Part shown: positions 1 through 11,889 of the stretch, piece by piece | Layout: each line of letters opens with the position of its first letter | Numbering within the stretch: position 1 is the first letter of the stretch | Source of the DNA: Octopus sinensis | Lineage: Eukaryota | Reading direction: 5' to 3' | Assembly (NCBI RefSeq): GCF_006345805.1 | Contig: NC_043017.1 | Span: 23,498,001-23,562,000, forward strand | Length of the DNA stretch: 64,000 bases | Notes under the pieces: generated by a model | What the model was told of the DNA's origin: nothing | Seen by the model: only the letters and a program-made list of their open reading frames with translations | Database searches by the model: none | Made by a program: the position numbers and the translations under genes

Positions 1-1047
1 GCTCTGGAGCAGAAGTAACCTCAGCTGGCTCAACTCAAGCTAATCAAACATTGAAGAAAGACATAAGGTTATACAGAGCATAGGACACTAGACTGTAGCA
101 CTAAGAAGAACATGGAAGCAGGGGAACCAACTTCAGTGTTAGTTGCTTGGCTATCTATGCAGATCTTCAATAGAGAAAGAGTATTCAAGATACTCGGAAT
201 TGACAGTGGGAGTCATCTTGAAGAGAGACTAAGGAGAAACAAGAGTTGGATTGAAGTCCCAGTGTGCAGCCCTTGCATTTATACCCAGTTGGCGGATATG
301 ACATAGACAACAGCCAAGAAGTCAATGGCATGGCTTGCATTTATATCTCCATCCACTAAGGTGCTGTGGGGGCTATAATTCATCACTGCTAGTAGCAGAA
401 TTAACAAGTGATCTTTAGCTTGCAATGCTCAATGCTTACAGAGCTTGACCCAGTTCTGTAGTAAAAGCACATGATAAAAATAAAACTACTGAACTATAAT
501 AATAGTAATAATGTTTGTCATGTTGTGTGTTTCAAAGTTATGCTATAAATAACCTTAACTATGAAATAAAATCAAAGATATAATCAAAATTTTTATAATA
601 AAGAAACAAAGATCTATAAATTTAAGCATCACAATAGAAATAAGAGTATGTATAAAACATAGAATTTCCATGGGGATGGCTAAGTAATAATAATAATAAT
701 CCTTTCTACTAAAGGCACAAGACCTGAAATTTTGGGAAAGGGGGCTAGTCAGTTACATCAGCCCCAGTGTTTCACTGGTACTTAATTTATCGACCCTGAG
801 AGTATAAAGGGCAAAGTCAACCTTGACGGAATTTGAACTCAGAACATAAAGATGGACAGAATGCTGCTTAGCTTTTCACTCAGCAGCTCACTGCCTTAAT
901 AACAATAATAATGGTATTTAACATTAACAATAACAGTCTATGGTTTTATTAAAAAATAATATCACATGCTATGTAAGAAATCCCTTGTATACCAAGCCTC
1001 ACAATGGTGTGCTGACCTACTTTTGTAACGACATCAGATGAACCTAC

Positions 1048-1229
1048 CTAGATACAGAGGAATCAAATAATATCCAGTCTGTGGCTGCAGCAGCAACAAC
1101 AGCAAGAGAATTGATATGGCACCAATCTGCTGCCATGAGTGGAGCTTGACCACAGTCCAGTGACATGATAGGTTGCTGGTTATGAAGACTGAAGAACCGA
1201 ATTATACCATTCTTTTGTGCTACAAGAAT
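1048..1229 (-). CDS. NUP37: Nup37 coding exon 5 (182 nt); the C-terminal exons lie beyond the left edge
   Basis: ILVAQKNGIIRFFSLHNQQPIMSLDCGQAPLMAADWCHINSLAVVAAAATDWILFDSSVS; cag| acceptor, AG|gtaggt donor (phase 2). No further Nup37 exon found in 1-1047. Confidence 0.95.
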
Positions 1230-1542
1230 CTGAAGAGAAAAACAAAGCCATAAGTTAAAAGTAACTGACAACAGAAAAGTGTTTCCACTGAAAATAACAT
1301 TTCATTTAACGATAATGAAGTTGTGATAGAATGGTGAAGATAAGGAAAGACAAATTAGGAAATGAATATGTCTGAATGTGTGTAGACATATGTGCACGGA
1401 TGTGTGTAGACACAATAAGTATGTGAATGGTTAAGAAGTTTGCTTCACAATGACAATGTCCCAGGTTTGGTTTCTCTACATGAGAGTGCAATTCTGTCTG
1501 AGGGAAAGGTCATTTGTGATAGAATGGTATCCTCTCCGTGTG

Positions 1543-1775
1543 AAGGCGGCGAGCTGGCAGAAACGTTAGCACGCTGGGCGAAATGCATAGCCATATTTCG
1601 TCTGCCGTTAGGTTGTGAGTTCAAATTCCGCCGAGGTCAACTTTGCCTTTCATCCTTTCGGGCTCGATAAATTAAGTACCAGTTACGCACTGGGATCGAT
1701 GTAATCGACTTAATACCTATGTCTGTCCTTGTTTGTCCCCTCTATGTTTAGCCCCTTGTGGGTAATAAAGAAATA
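1543..1775 (+). mobile_element. tRNA-headed SINE, family B
   Basis: B-box GAGTTCAAATTCC, 3' end TAAAGAAATA, 17-bp TSD GGTATCCTCTCCGTGTG. Older copies at ~704-897(-), 2030-2215(-), 2535-2745(-), 7875-8080(-), 33912-34115(+), 36285-36445(+), 50873-51040(+), 55178-55385(+). Confidence 0.9.
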
Positions 1776-2276
1776 GGTATCCTCTCCGTGTGTTTCAGCT
1801 ATTTAACACCACAGAAACCAGAGACAAGCTGAAGCTCAACAGGAAGTGTGTGGCCATGAAAGAACAACAGAGGAGTATCAGTTGTGATGTTCATGCATTT
1901 GCCTAGGATATTTATCAATAGCACACATGAAATAACCTCGAGTAGCAACAGAAACTGAGTGAGAAAGTCATTTGAACCAGAACTCAATACTGCAACAAGA
2001 AACACCACAACAACAACAACTGTTATTAATTTAGGCACAAGGCTAGTTATTAGGCGGAGGGGATTAGTCAATTACATCGATCTTAGTACCCAACTAGTAC
2101 TTCATTTTATCGACCCTGAAAAGATGAGGGCAAAATCAACCTTGGCAGGATTTGAACTCAGAATTAAGGAGCTGGAAGAAATACTGTAAGGCATTTTGTC
2201 CAACATTCTAAGGTTTCTATCATTCCACCATCTCTGACCTTGGTGGGATTTGAACTCAAAACAAGAACAATAACAT

Positions 2277-2520
2277 CATCATCATTGTTTAACGTCCGTT
2301 TTCTGTGCTAGCACGGGTTGGATGGTTCGACCGGGGTTTGGGAAGCCAGGAGGCTGCACCAGGCTCCAGTCTGATCTGGCAGTGTTTCTACAGCTGGATG
2401 CCCTTCCTAACGCCAACCACTCCGTGAGTGTAGTGGGTGCTTTTTACGTGCTACCGGCACAGGTGCCAGGTGAGTCTGGCAGCGGCCACGATCAGTTGGT
2501 GCTTTTTACATGCCACCGGC
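2277..2520 (-). mobile_element. Family C retroposon 3' part, (GAT)n tail (RTE-like tail)
   Basis: ..GGACGTTAAAC(GAT)n end. Other copies at 3825-4031(-), 4225-4410(+), 5975-6115(+), 26778-27230(-), 31205-31365(+), 49130-49340(-), 60895-61330(-). Confidence 0.8.
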
Positions 2521-3007
2521 ACAATTCTTTGTATTATAAGCACATGGCCTGAAATTTTATGGGGAGGAGGCTAGGCGATTACATTGACCCCTGTGCTTGA
2601 CTGGTATTTATTTTATTGACCTCAAAAAAAAAAATGAAAGACAAAGATGACCTTGGCAGAATTTGAACTCAGAACATAAAAACAGATGAAATGCTGCTAA
2701 ACATTTTGACCAGCAGGCTAACAATTCTGCCAGCTCACCAACTTAACAACAACAATAATAATGACTTTTAACATCTGTACAAGACAACAAATTTCAAAGA
2801 AAGGAGTATAGTCAAGTAGACCAATGAAAGTTCTTTGACCGATGAAGAATGTATGGCAAAGTTGACCTCAGCAAGGATTTGAACTCAACACATAAAAGGA
2901 CACGACTAAATAACATTACAAACATTTTTGTTTGACACTCTACCGATTATTTGGACCAATAACAACAATATAAGGAAGCTGAACTAAAATATGGTAGTTT
3001 ACTTTAC

Positions 3008-3208
3008 CTTTTTGGGTTCTTCATAGTGCCAACAAACACTGACACCTGGCGACATCAGGTAAAAACACAACACTTCTTTCGTTTTAGATTCCTCTCCACT
3101 GGTCTCCCATATTCTGCAGGTATTATCGTCGCCAACACTTGCAAGTTGTTGCCCTACATTTGGTTCGTAAGCAATTGCATTGATGAAGCTTTTATGACCA
3201 GACAGCTC
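3008..3208 (-). CDS. NUP37: Nup37 coding exon 4 (201 nt, WD40 repeats)
   Basis: ELSGHKSFINAIAYEPNVGQQLASVGDDNTCRIWETSGEESKTKEVLCFYLMSPGVSVCWHYEEPKK (GH..FIN, LASV.DD.TCRIW, SPG.SVCWH.EE.K); cag| acceptor, AAG|gtaaag donor. Confidence 0.95.
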
Positions 3209-3299
3209 CTGAATATAAATTCCAACATTGACAGACATAAGAATTGAAATCATATTGTTTTCTATTAATAAATATATTTGTTTTTAATGAGGATTTTAA

Positions 3300-3519
3300 C
3301 CCTTTAGCATTCAGATTACTTTATCAAATGTAATACTTATTTAGTCACATTGCCTTGAATTAATCCCGCATTATTTTGTGGCTTTGAGAATTTGATGATG
3401 TGATTGTTTACTTTTAGGATGACATTGAAGGATAGGTGTGAGAGGCCGGATCTGGCTGGTTTGAATACAAAACAGGTAGAATATTTGGGCTGGATATGAC
3501 TGGTTTAAATGCTAAAGAG
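3300..3519. mobile_element. piggyBac-type MITE (opposite orientation to the 5704 and 6796 copies)
   Basis: TTAA|CCCTTTAGCATT ... AATGCTAAAGAG|TTAA. Confidence 0.75.
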
Positions 3520-4971
3520 TTAAAATATGTAACATATATAAATTTGCTGCCTAACTTTGCAATTGTATCATCCCAGGTTCAGTCCCAACATGTGGCATGA
3601 TTTTATATCAACCAAACCCACACTGAGTGATACTTGATAGATAGAATCTGTGCAGAAGCTCATAAGTACATATATATATATATATATATATATGGCTTGT
3701 CCATCTGGAAAGAGAGAGAGATGTGAGGTCAGGGTACAAAGTGAATATGAGTGATAGAAATAAGATATATATATATATATATATCTATATCAAGATGATG
3801 ATGATGATGATGATATATATATATCATCAGCATTGTTTAACGTCCGTTCTCCATGCTAGCATGGGTTGGACGGTTCGACCGGGGATCTGGGAAGCCAGAA
3901 GGCTGCACCAGGCTCCAGTCTTATCTGGCGATGTTTCTACAGCTGGATGCCCTTCCTAACGCCAACCACTCCGTGAGTGTAGTGGGTGCTTTTTACGTGC
4001 CACCCGCACAGGTGCCAGGCGAGGCTGGCAAGTATATATATATATCTTATTTCTATCACTCATATTCACTTTGTACCCTGACCTCACATCTCTCTCTCTT
4101 TCTCCAGATGGACAAGCCATATATTCACCTCTCCAGCAAGACACCAGCTCTTTGTCTCTCTTCTCTGCTTTCTTATCCCGCAATAAACCCAACTCAGTTG
4201 AGAGAGACTCGTCTTGTGGATATTTGGTGACCTCACCAGTGTCGGTGCCATAAAAACAGCACTCAGTACATACTGTGATGTGGTTGGCATTAGGAAAGGC
4301 ATCCAGCTATAGAAACTATGATATCAGAACTTGGCACAACCTTCTTGCTTGTCTGTTCATGTCAAACCATTCAACCAATATCAGCATGAAAAAGGAGCAG
4401 TAAGTGATAACGATACATTCATACACATACACACATATACATAAACTCAGCCCTACATTACTTCTTCAACAAAGAAGGCAAAAGATTTGAGAATAAATGA
4501 TGGGTGTATGAAGAGGAAGTTGGGACAACCAGAGAGCAGGAAGTGGATGAAGAAGACGATGACCTTTATCACCCTTAATGCACCTCTACTGCTACCATCA
4601 CCACCACCACCACCACATCATCATCATCATCATCACTCGTTAAAAATATCACTGCTGCCAACTAGGGTGACCAAGTTGTGATTATAAAATACTACCATAG
4701 GTTTATTTCCTTACTTGGCAAGAGGATATTAGTCAAATGGTCAGAAGATAAAGAGAAAACAAGATTGACCATTTATATGGACACCTGAGGGTCAAAGAAT
4801 GACAGGAAAGCAGAAAAAAATCTAGTAATATACCAGTAAAGAAGGAGCAGCAATGAATGAAAGGGTATAAGGACAAAGTAGTGACATAGATGGTAAGATT
4901 ACATGATGGACTACATGGGGTGAACTTCCACTCTAAACTGTTATGAAGGAATAGCTTTGATAATACAATAC

Positions 4972-5044
4972 CTCAACAACTGGTTCCTTTTTCAGGTCAA
5001 ATGACACAAGCCTTATGTTATGGTCCATTCCTGCAGCAGCAAGC
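4972..5044 (-). CDS. NUP37: Nup37 coding exon 3 (73 nt)
   Basis: Acceptor tttctttctgccaccag|G, translation LAAAGMDHNIRLVSFDLKKEPVVE, donor GAG|gtattg; phase-compatible with exons 2 and 4. Confidence 0.92.
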
Positions 5045-5703
5045 CTGGTGGCAGAAAGAAAATATTTTTAACAAAACAAACATTAATAAATATTGGTGAT
5101 ATTCCATCCACTCATGCCCCCTATTCCTAGGAGGATTGCCAGAGTAGAGTCCTCAGGCACCTTGTCCATAAGGTCCTATCAGAAGTAACCATCAAAAGTG
5201 CCACCCCATAAAAGCATCACCCAGTGCAGACCACCCCTCTTGCCATCCCCCTCCCATCCCCATTACTTCATTTCTTAATAAATTAACTCAGTACTGACAA
5301 CCCATCTTTAGACTGCATTTACACATGAAGTATACTAGTCTTCATGGTATCGGGGAAATGAATCAATTGTCAAGGCTGGAATTCTGTCAACCTGCTAATA
5401 TAGCTGAAACAAAATATGGAACGGCAGAGACAGCTTTATATATTAACAGAAACACAAAATCAAAGTAACATCCTCTAACGATAAAATGAAGTGGAACCTG
5501 TGACTTAATGAATGAAGAATGTATCAATGTGTATCATGACATAAGTTTCTTTGTTGTTCAGAGCTAACCATCTCAGTTCAAAGAAGTGAAACGAAATAGA
5601 TATTAGCCAAGGGAGATAAATTTCTCAACCAATTTAGCAAATAAGATTTTCAATCCACATACACATGCACACACGCATGTGCATACATATATAAGATCTT
5701 TAA

Positions 5704-5914
5704 CCCTTTAGCATTTAAACTGGCCAAAGGTATTCTGCCTGTTTTATGTTCAAACTGGCCAGATCTGGTCTCTCACACCAACCCTACAATATTGTTTTAA
5801 AAATTAACAGCTACCTCATCAAAATCTCATAGCTGCAAGATAATGCATGATTAGTTCAAAACAATGTGGATTAAAAAGCATTAATTTTAGCAGAATAATG
5901 CGAACACTAAAGGG
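5704..5914. mobile_element. piggyBac-type MITE
   Basis: TTAA|CCCTTTAG ... CTAAAGGG|TTAA. Confidence 0.85.
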
Positions 5915-6155
5915 TTAAAAGGAATAAGGATAAACATGATATTTTGGAAAAGACACCCAAGACACTCTAGAAAGTGATTGGGGTTAGGAAGGGCATCCAG
6001 TCAGAGAAACCGGCCACAATAAATGGCAGAATTTGGTGCAGACTTCTAACTTGCCAGTTTCTGTCAAATCATCCAACCCATGCCAGCATGGAAAACAGAT
6101 GTTAAATGATGATGGGACATTTCAGAAGATTTTACTTTGTATTCTTCAACAGTTA

Positions 6156-6535
6156 GGCACAGGAGTGGCTGTATGGTAAGTAGCTTGCTTACCAACCACG
6201 TGGTTCCAGGTTCAGTCCCACTGCGTGGCATCTTGGGCAAGTGTCTTCTGCTATTGACCAATACCTTGTGAGTGGATTTGGTAGACAGAAACTGAAAGAA
6301 CCCTGTCGTATATATGTATATATATATATATGTGTGTGTGTATATGTTTGTCCCCCTAGCATTGCTTGACAACCGATGCTGGTATGTTTACGTCCCCATC
6401 ACTTAGCGGTTCGGCAAAAGAGACCGATAGAATAAGTACTGGGGCTTACAAAGAATAAGTCCCGGGGTCGATTTGCTCGACTAAAGGCGATGCTCCAGCA
6501 TGGCCGCAGTAAAATGACTGAAACAAGTAAAAAGA
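6156..6535 (+). mobile_element. tRNA-headed SINE, family A (central TA/TG microsatellite)
   Basis: A-box TGGCTGTATGG, B-box GGTTCAGTCC, 3' GACTGAAACAAGTAAAA. Older or partial copies at ~27770-28010, 36475-37190, 42865-43195, 46650-46860, 59275-59520(-), 62510-62985. Confidence 0.88.
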
Positions 6536-6795
6536 GAGAGAGAGTTACTGATCAGCACATAGTAAAACAATCTTGGTTTAGAGACACAATGAAATGTTTG
6601 CTGTAAATATGAACTTAAAACAAATGAACAGGCAGGCTAATACTTTACCTATTAGCATTAGGACTCTGTCCAATATTACTGTCGTAGCCTTCTCCCTCCC
6701 TCAAAAAATGACTCGCTGGAAATAATTAACAATGCTATAATCCTACACATGGACATTATTCTCCATTGTTTTTCCTCTCTAAAAACTTCACTTAA

Positions 6796-6994
6796 CCCTT
6801 TAGCATTTAAACCAGCCATATCCGGCCCAAATTTTCAACTTTTTTTATGTTCAAACCATCCGGATCTGGCCTCTCACTCATATCCTACAATGTCATCCTC
6901 AAATTCTCAGAGCTACAAGATAATGCAGGATTAATTCAAAACAATGTGAATGAAAAAGCATTATATTTGACAGAGTAATCTGAACACTAAAGGG
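6796..6994. mobile_element. piggyBac-type MITE
   Basis: Same family as 5704; TTAA|CCCTTTAGCATT ... CACTAAAGGG. Confidence 0.8.
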
Positions 6995-7023
6995 TTTTAA
7001 CCAATGATCGTCAAGATACGTAC

Positions 7024-7148
7024 TTGATAAAATTTGTGATATGAGAAACGGAAGTGTCTGGACTCCAGCTGAGAGCAGTAATGGCACAACCGGCTTGTAA
7101 TATTTGTAATTCTTCATATTCCATGTTTTTTAATTCTGCATCTTCTTC
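7024..7148 (-). CDS. NUP37: Nup37 coding exon 2 (125 nt)
   Basis: Acceptor ttttcttttttaacag|, translation EEDAELKNMEYEELQILQAGCAITALSWSPDTSVSHITNFIK, donor AA|gtacgt (phase 2). Not in the ORF track; read manually. Confidence 0.92.
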
Positions 7149-7196
7149 CTGTTAAAAAAGAAAAGAAAATTTGAAAGGTATGGACAATAATAATGT

Positions 7197-7430
7197 ATAT
7201 TTCTTTACTACCCACAAGAGGTTAAACATAGAGGAGACAAACAAGGACAGACAAAGGGATTAAATCGATTACATCGACCCCAGTGCGAAACTGGTACTTT
7301 ATTTATCGACCCTGAAAGGATGAAAGGCAAAGTCGTCCATGGCGGAATTTGAACTTAGAACGTAGCGACAGACGAAATACCGTTAAGCATTTCGCCCGGC
7401 ACGCTAACGTGTCTGCCAGCTCGCCACCTT
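7197..7430 (-). mobile_element. SINE family B
   Basis: Full-length copy; ~10-bp TSD TAATAATGTA. Confidence 0.88.
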
Positions 7431-7671
7431 AGTAATAATGTAGAGAATAGCAACAACAACAATAATACCAAAACATGGAGCCTGAAAACAGAAATAATTC
7501 CTATAATAATAGATACATTAGGTATGGTTAAAAAATGTACAGACAAATGCATAACGCCAAGACTTATATATATATGTGTGTATAACATACAGAACATAAC
7601 ATGACTTGACACGACATGCATCTTATGTAAACCACTTTCAATAAAGTAAAAATAATAACATCAAAACAAAC

Positions 7672-7865
7672 CACAGCACATACCCAAGGCACACATAACT
7701 GTGCTCGGTAGTGCAGTGAAAACAGGTGATAAAAATAAGACTACTGAATAATAATAATAACAGCATCACAACAAATCACAGTACATACCCAAGGCACACA
7801 GAGCTGCGCTCGGTAATGAAGTGAAAGCACGTTATAAAAATAAAACTACTGAATAATAATAAAAA
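7672..7865 (+). repeat. Two tandem copies of a (TAA)n-tailed retroelement 3' end
   Basis: CATACCCAAGGCACAC..CTCGGTA..ACTACTGAATAATAAT occurs twice. Confidence 0.65.
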
Positions 7866-8319
7866 TAATAACGGTTTCAAATTTTGGCACAGGGCCAGCA
7901 ATTACAGGGAAGGGAATAAGACAATTACTTTAACCTCAGTACCCAACTGGTACTTATTTTATTGACCCTGAAAGGAATGAAAGGCAAAGCTGACCATGAC
8001 GGAATTTTGAACTCAGAACATAAGGGCAGACTAAGCATTTTGACAGACATGCTGACAATTCTGCCAGCTCACTGTCTTAACATGCTAATAAATATCAATT
8101 AAGAAATTAATTATCTGATTTATTGGGAAAGGTCAGTGAGGAGAAGGGGATGACATCACAACTTTCTGTTTGCCTCTTTACTGTAACTCTTGATTGTATC
8201 ACATTTAGGATCATTAATCCTAAAGGTACATGGCCTAGTGGTTAGGGTGTTGCACTCATGATTGCTAGATTGTGGTTTTGATCCCTGGACAGAGCAGTGT
8301 ATTATGTTTTTAAGAAGGT

Positions 8320-8514
8320 GGCACCTGCACCGGTGGCATGTAAAAAGCACCCACTACACTCACGGAGTGGTTGGCGTTAGGAAGGGCATCCAGCTGTAGA
8401 AACACTGCCAGATCAGACTGGAGCCTGGTGCAGCCTTCTGGCTTCCCAGACCCCAGTCGAACCGTCCAACACATGCTAGCACGGAAAACAGACGTTAAAC
8501 GATGATGATGATGA
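8320..8514 (+). mobile_element. Family C retroposon, well-preserved copy in NUP37 intron 1
   Basis: Reverse complement of the 2277 and 3825 copies; GATGATGATG tail. Confidence 0.85.
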
Positions 8515-10134
8515 CTTCATTTCACATTGTTCCAATCCACTCAGCTATAATGGAATAACTCTGCAACAGATTCAGGGGGGATGTTGTGATCTTGGTCAGT
8601 TATACATCGTAGAAACTAGGTGCCTGGCCCCTGTGGGCCCTAGGACTTGAGACAGTACTGTACTTTAAATGTGATAGACATATTAATACAAGATGTTTTT
8701 ATTGATAACATATCCTTGATGTTCAAAAGTAGAAGATAATAGTTTAATCAGCAGTCTTCAGCTTTCATCAAGTTAATATTTAGCCCTAGGTCAGTCTTGA
8801 TTGAGCAGATTGATGATTAAAGCCGTTTCAGTTATAACCATCCTGTCTTTTTGTGTATGAGGGACTACACTGTTTGGTGTGCCCTCCTTCTTTAAGACAG
8901 TTGGTAACCATCTGGTTGTTATTTCTAGAAGGCCAAGAACTAGATGGAACAGTCTGGTTGTTCAACCTGCTAAAAACAGAAATCAAATCTGCAAATCACG
9001 CCTTACTGCTTTTCAAAAAACAACACTGAGCCTTCTATGAACTTTCTCATAGATTAAGAAAAAGAAAAGAGCTTAGGTACATTAGCCAATATTGTAAAAG
9101 ATAAACGAATAGATAGGAATGGTCACGGTGGGAATACCTTTGATCATAGGTTTGCTTAATCAGAGTTAATCCTTTGCTAAACGACAATAATCTCACTGAT
9201 TATAAAAACACACAACTTTTGGTATTTATGTTTTCACTCGCTGATATAAGCAGTATATAAAAGAGGCATAAGCACCTGTCGTTCACCAACATTATGGAAT
9301 AGTAAGAATTACCTGATGGTGGACGAAGAGTTATGCTAGAAGGCATTAGTATAAAAAACAACAACAATGCATTTATACGGTTGTCTGACAGGCTAGAAAT
9401 AGCAACAGACTCCCTCTAAAATCAATCATATCGAAAGTTATGTTGTACAATGTGGTTCTGGATATATAAAAAGACGAGAAAGTCACAAACTGAACTACAA
9501 CTAACAGAAAAGCAAATCTATCACCGGGAGTTCGCATTTAATTTCAGGTCTCATTCAGATGAGCAGCGATTAAACTAAAGTACAAACGGTGTGTGTGTGT
9601 GGTGAGAGAGAGAGAGAGAAAGTATTTGAGACATTAATATTGCTTCGACTTGCTTCGTGTTTGTTTACCTGGCACACCAAAAACAAGAACATTGTATAAT
9701 AATCCTTACCAGGTTGTTAGCAGAATAAATATCAATCATAATCAACACGTTGATTAACAAGTTACTCAGTCTTCTCAAAAAAAAAAAAACCTTCAAAAAA
9801 CCGCTTACCGGCTTCGAAAGAAATCAATAATTGGGATATATATAGGTTCCAACGACCTTCCAAAACGTTAGCTTTCGTTTATTATTATTATTTTTATTTC
9901 CTTTGCTTGAACAAAATGATTCGGATTTATAAGGGAACATAAGTTATTGGCAGCATGGTGTAAAAAGTAAAACGACTTTAGCCTAGAATCGAACCCGAAT
10001 CGCTGACGAACTGAGCATACGAAAAAAAACTCATCGCTTCATTAATATGAAGTCTAAGTAAATTACAAACAACAACAAACAAGTACAAACAAAAATGTAA
10101 TTAAAAACACAAAATTTGAAATACGTGAACTCAC

Positions 10135-10281
10135 AGGGAAACGGCATGAGAAAATAATAATTCGGCTATTTGTGCCGATCGCCAATAATCTACAGGATAA
10201 TTCGTATGGAGAAAACTCCACAACTCGAGCCAAATCTTCGATTTGGATGTTGTAGGTACAACTTTTATTGATGTCAATCAT
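10135..10281 (-). CDS. NUP37: Nucleoporin Nup37, coding exon 1 (147 nt)
   Basis: MIDINKSCTYNIQIEDLARVVEFSPYELSCRLLAIGTNSRIIIFSCRFP matches the Nup37 N-terminus (VVEF.P, .L.A.G.N, C.F motifs); donor CCT|gtgagt, phase 0. Confidence 0.92.
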
Positions 10282-10500
10282 TTCTGCAACTGTTCAGTAT
10301 TCCTGTGGATTTGGTGTAATTCGTATCCTCTGCAGAATTTATGAATGAAGACACGGTTTCGGCGCGAGAACGGATTTGAATCACTTCTGGACGAATTCTT
10401 ATTATTATTGCTTTAAGTTTAGTTATTCTCAGAGTTGTTTCCCTTCTACTTCCTATCGCTCTTCGTAACACAACGAAGTTGTCTTCCCTTGCCATGGCAC
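10282..10500 (-). promoter_or_regulatory. Candidate NUP37 promoter/5'UTR
   Basis: Immediately upstream of the ATG, unique sequence, CpG-richer than the flanks (e.g. TTTCGGCGCG at ~10358). TSS not determinable. Confidence 0.4.
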
Positions 10501-11169
10501 GCGGTATGTCAGTCAGTGCTGGTCAAGATGACCTATGATCAAAGTATTCTAGCTAGAAGGAGGACATGGGGCAACATACCGCACTAGATATAATATATCA
10601 TTGCCATATATCATATCCTGCTCTTTCAACCATATCTACGACACTATATTATTCGATGGTTTCCTTTCATTAGAAATACAGTACCTGTGATTTGTAAGAA
10701 ATTTGACTGCTATTTTTAGCAAGGCTTCTGCATAGTTGTGGTTTATCGCTATCTCACCCAAGCACGAAACAACCTATGATTAAAAGAGGTCCTAACGTGA
10801 CCATCCCATCTTTTTCATTCATTTTTTTAATTATTTGTACATCAAGCTGTATTCACCACGACATCCTGTACAACTATAAGATTGTGATATGAAGGAGATT
10901 TGGCTACTATTCAAACATGTCCGGTGACAAGAAGCAGCTTCCTTGAAGTTTCCAACAAGGATGACACATGGTGAGCTGACAGTAGAAACCTGTTTGTTAA
11001 TTTGCTAAGTTACACTCAACAGAACCTCAGTATTATAGAAACGACTCCGATGGAAGTGAGTTTTACTTTTAAACCTTTTCCCGCCCTATGTATCACATTA
11101 TACACACGGCATATTTTCCTGGCATTCGTGTATTATATATGATACACATCCCTAATTTTTATTCAACCA

Positions 11170-11446
11170 TCAAAATAACTTATGAAAGGAACGCATTATA
11201 TTACCGAGAACGTATGAAACAAGAATTAGCGAAAAGTCTGAAAGCAAGTATGAACGTTTAGGACAAAGTTTTGAACATGGTTTAGATAGGCAAAGGATTA
11301 AAGCCAACTGGTAAAAGTGTGTTTCAGTCGTACCAGTTCTTGGCAGTAAGCTGGTATTTTTTGGAGTTAGCGCTTCTAATCGTTTTAAACTTTTAAATAG
11401 AGGCCTGTTTTGTTTACTAATTGTATGGATAATTCTTGATAATCTT
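11170..11446 (-). other. Candidate terminal exon of an unidentified gene
   Basis: Acceptor ctttctatccaatattctaattctgccaatttcag| followed by an open frame of about 90 codons to TGA. Confidence 0.25.
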
Positions 11447-11889
11447 CTGAAATTGGCAGAATTAGAATATTGGATAGAAAGCCTCATAATATTGTGCTGA
11501 CAGTAGGTACTTTGAGTTCAAATCTCTGAGGTAAAATTTGCTTTTGACCTTTTTATATCAGTGAAAAAACAATTTGGGACAGTAGATTGGCAGAACTGTA
11601 AGTATATCAGACTTGATACCCAGTGGTATTTGATCCAGTTCCTTGTATTCTGACTTCAAATTTTGTTGTGACCTACTTGGGTGTTGAGATTTAATTCCTC
11701 GTCTGGTTTAACACCACCTCCTGGCATCTTAAGGATGCCTTTAACAGAGACTTCTCTGTTGCAAACATTCAAATCAGGTCTCCTGTTTGAAAAAAACCTT
11801 CCTTGTCCACCACCCACTTGTCTTGGAGGCTTTGCAAAGGGTTATGAACACTGCCTTTCTTCCAGATTAATAAATTTTTAAAAACCCAC

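Noticed and set aside
3853-4230. Recurrent ORFs 'MLAWVGRFDRGSGKPEGC...' (also 2322, 16515, 32781, 34254) and 'MLGGQT...RASFSFRLPNP'
   Set aside because: Readthrough of SINE families C and A, not a gene family.
6649-6718. Exon-like AG...GT segment in NUP37 intron 2
   Set aside because: Exons 2 and 3 already join in frame, and the peptide has no Nup37 similarity.
10003-10035. CTGACGA...GAAA on the + strand
   Set aside because: No convincing stems I-III; treated as chance.
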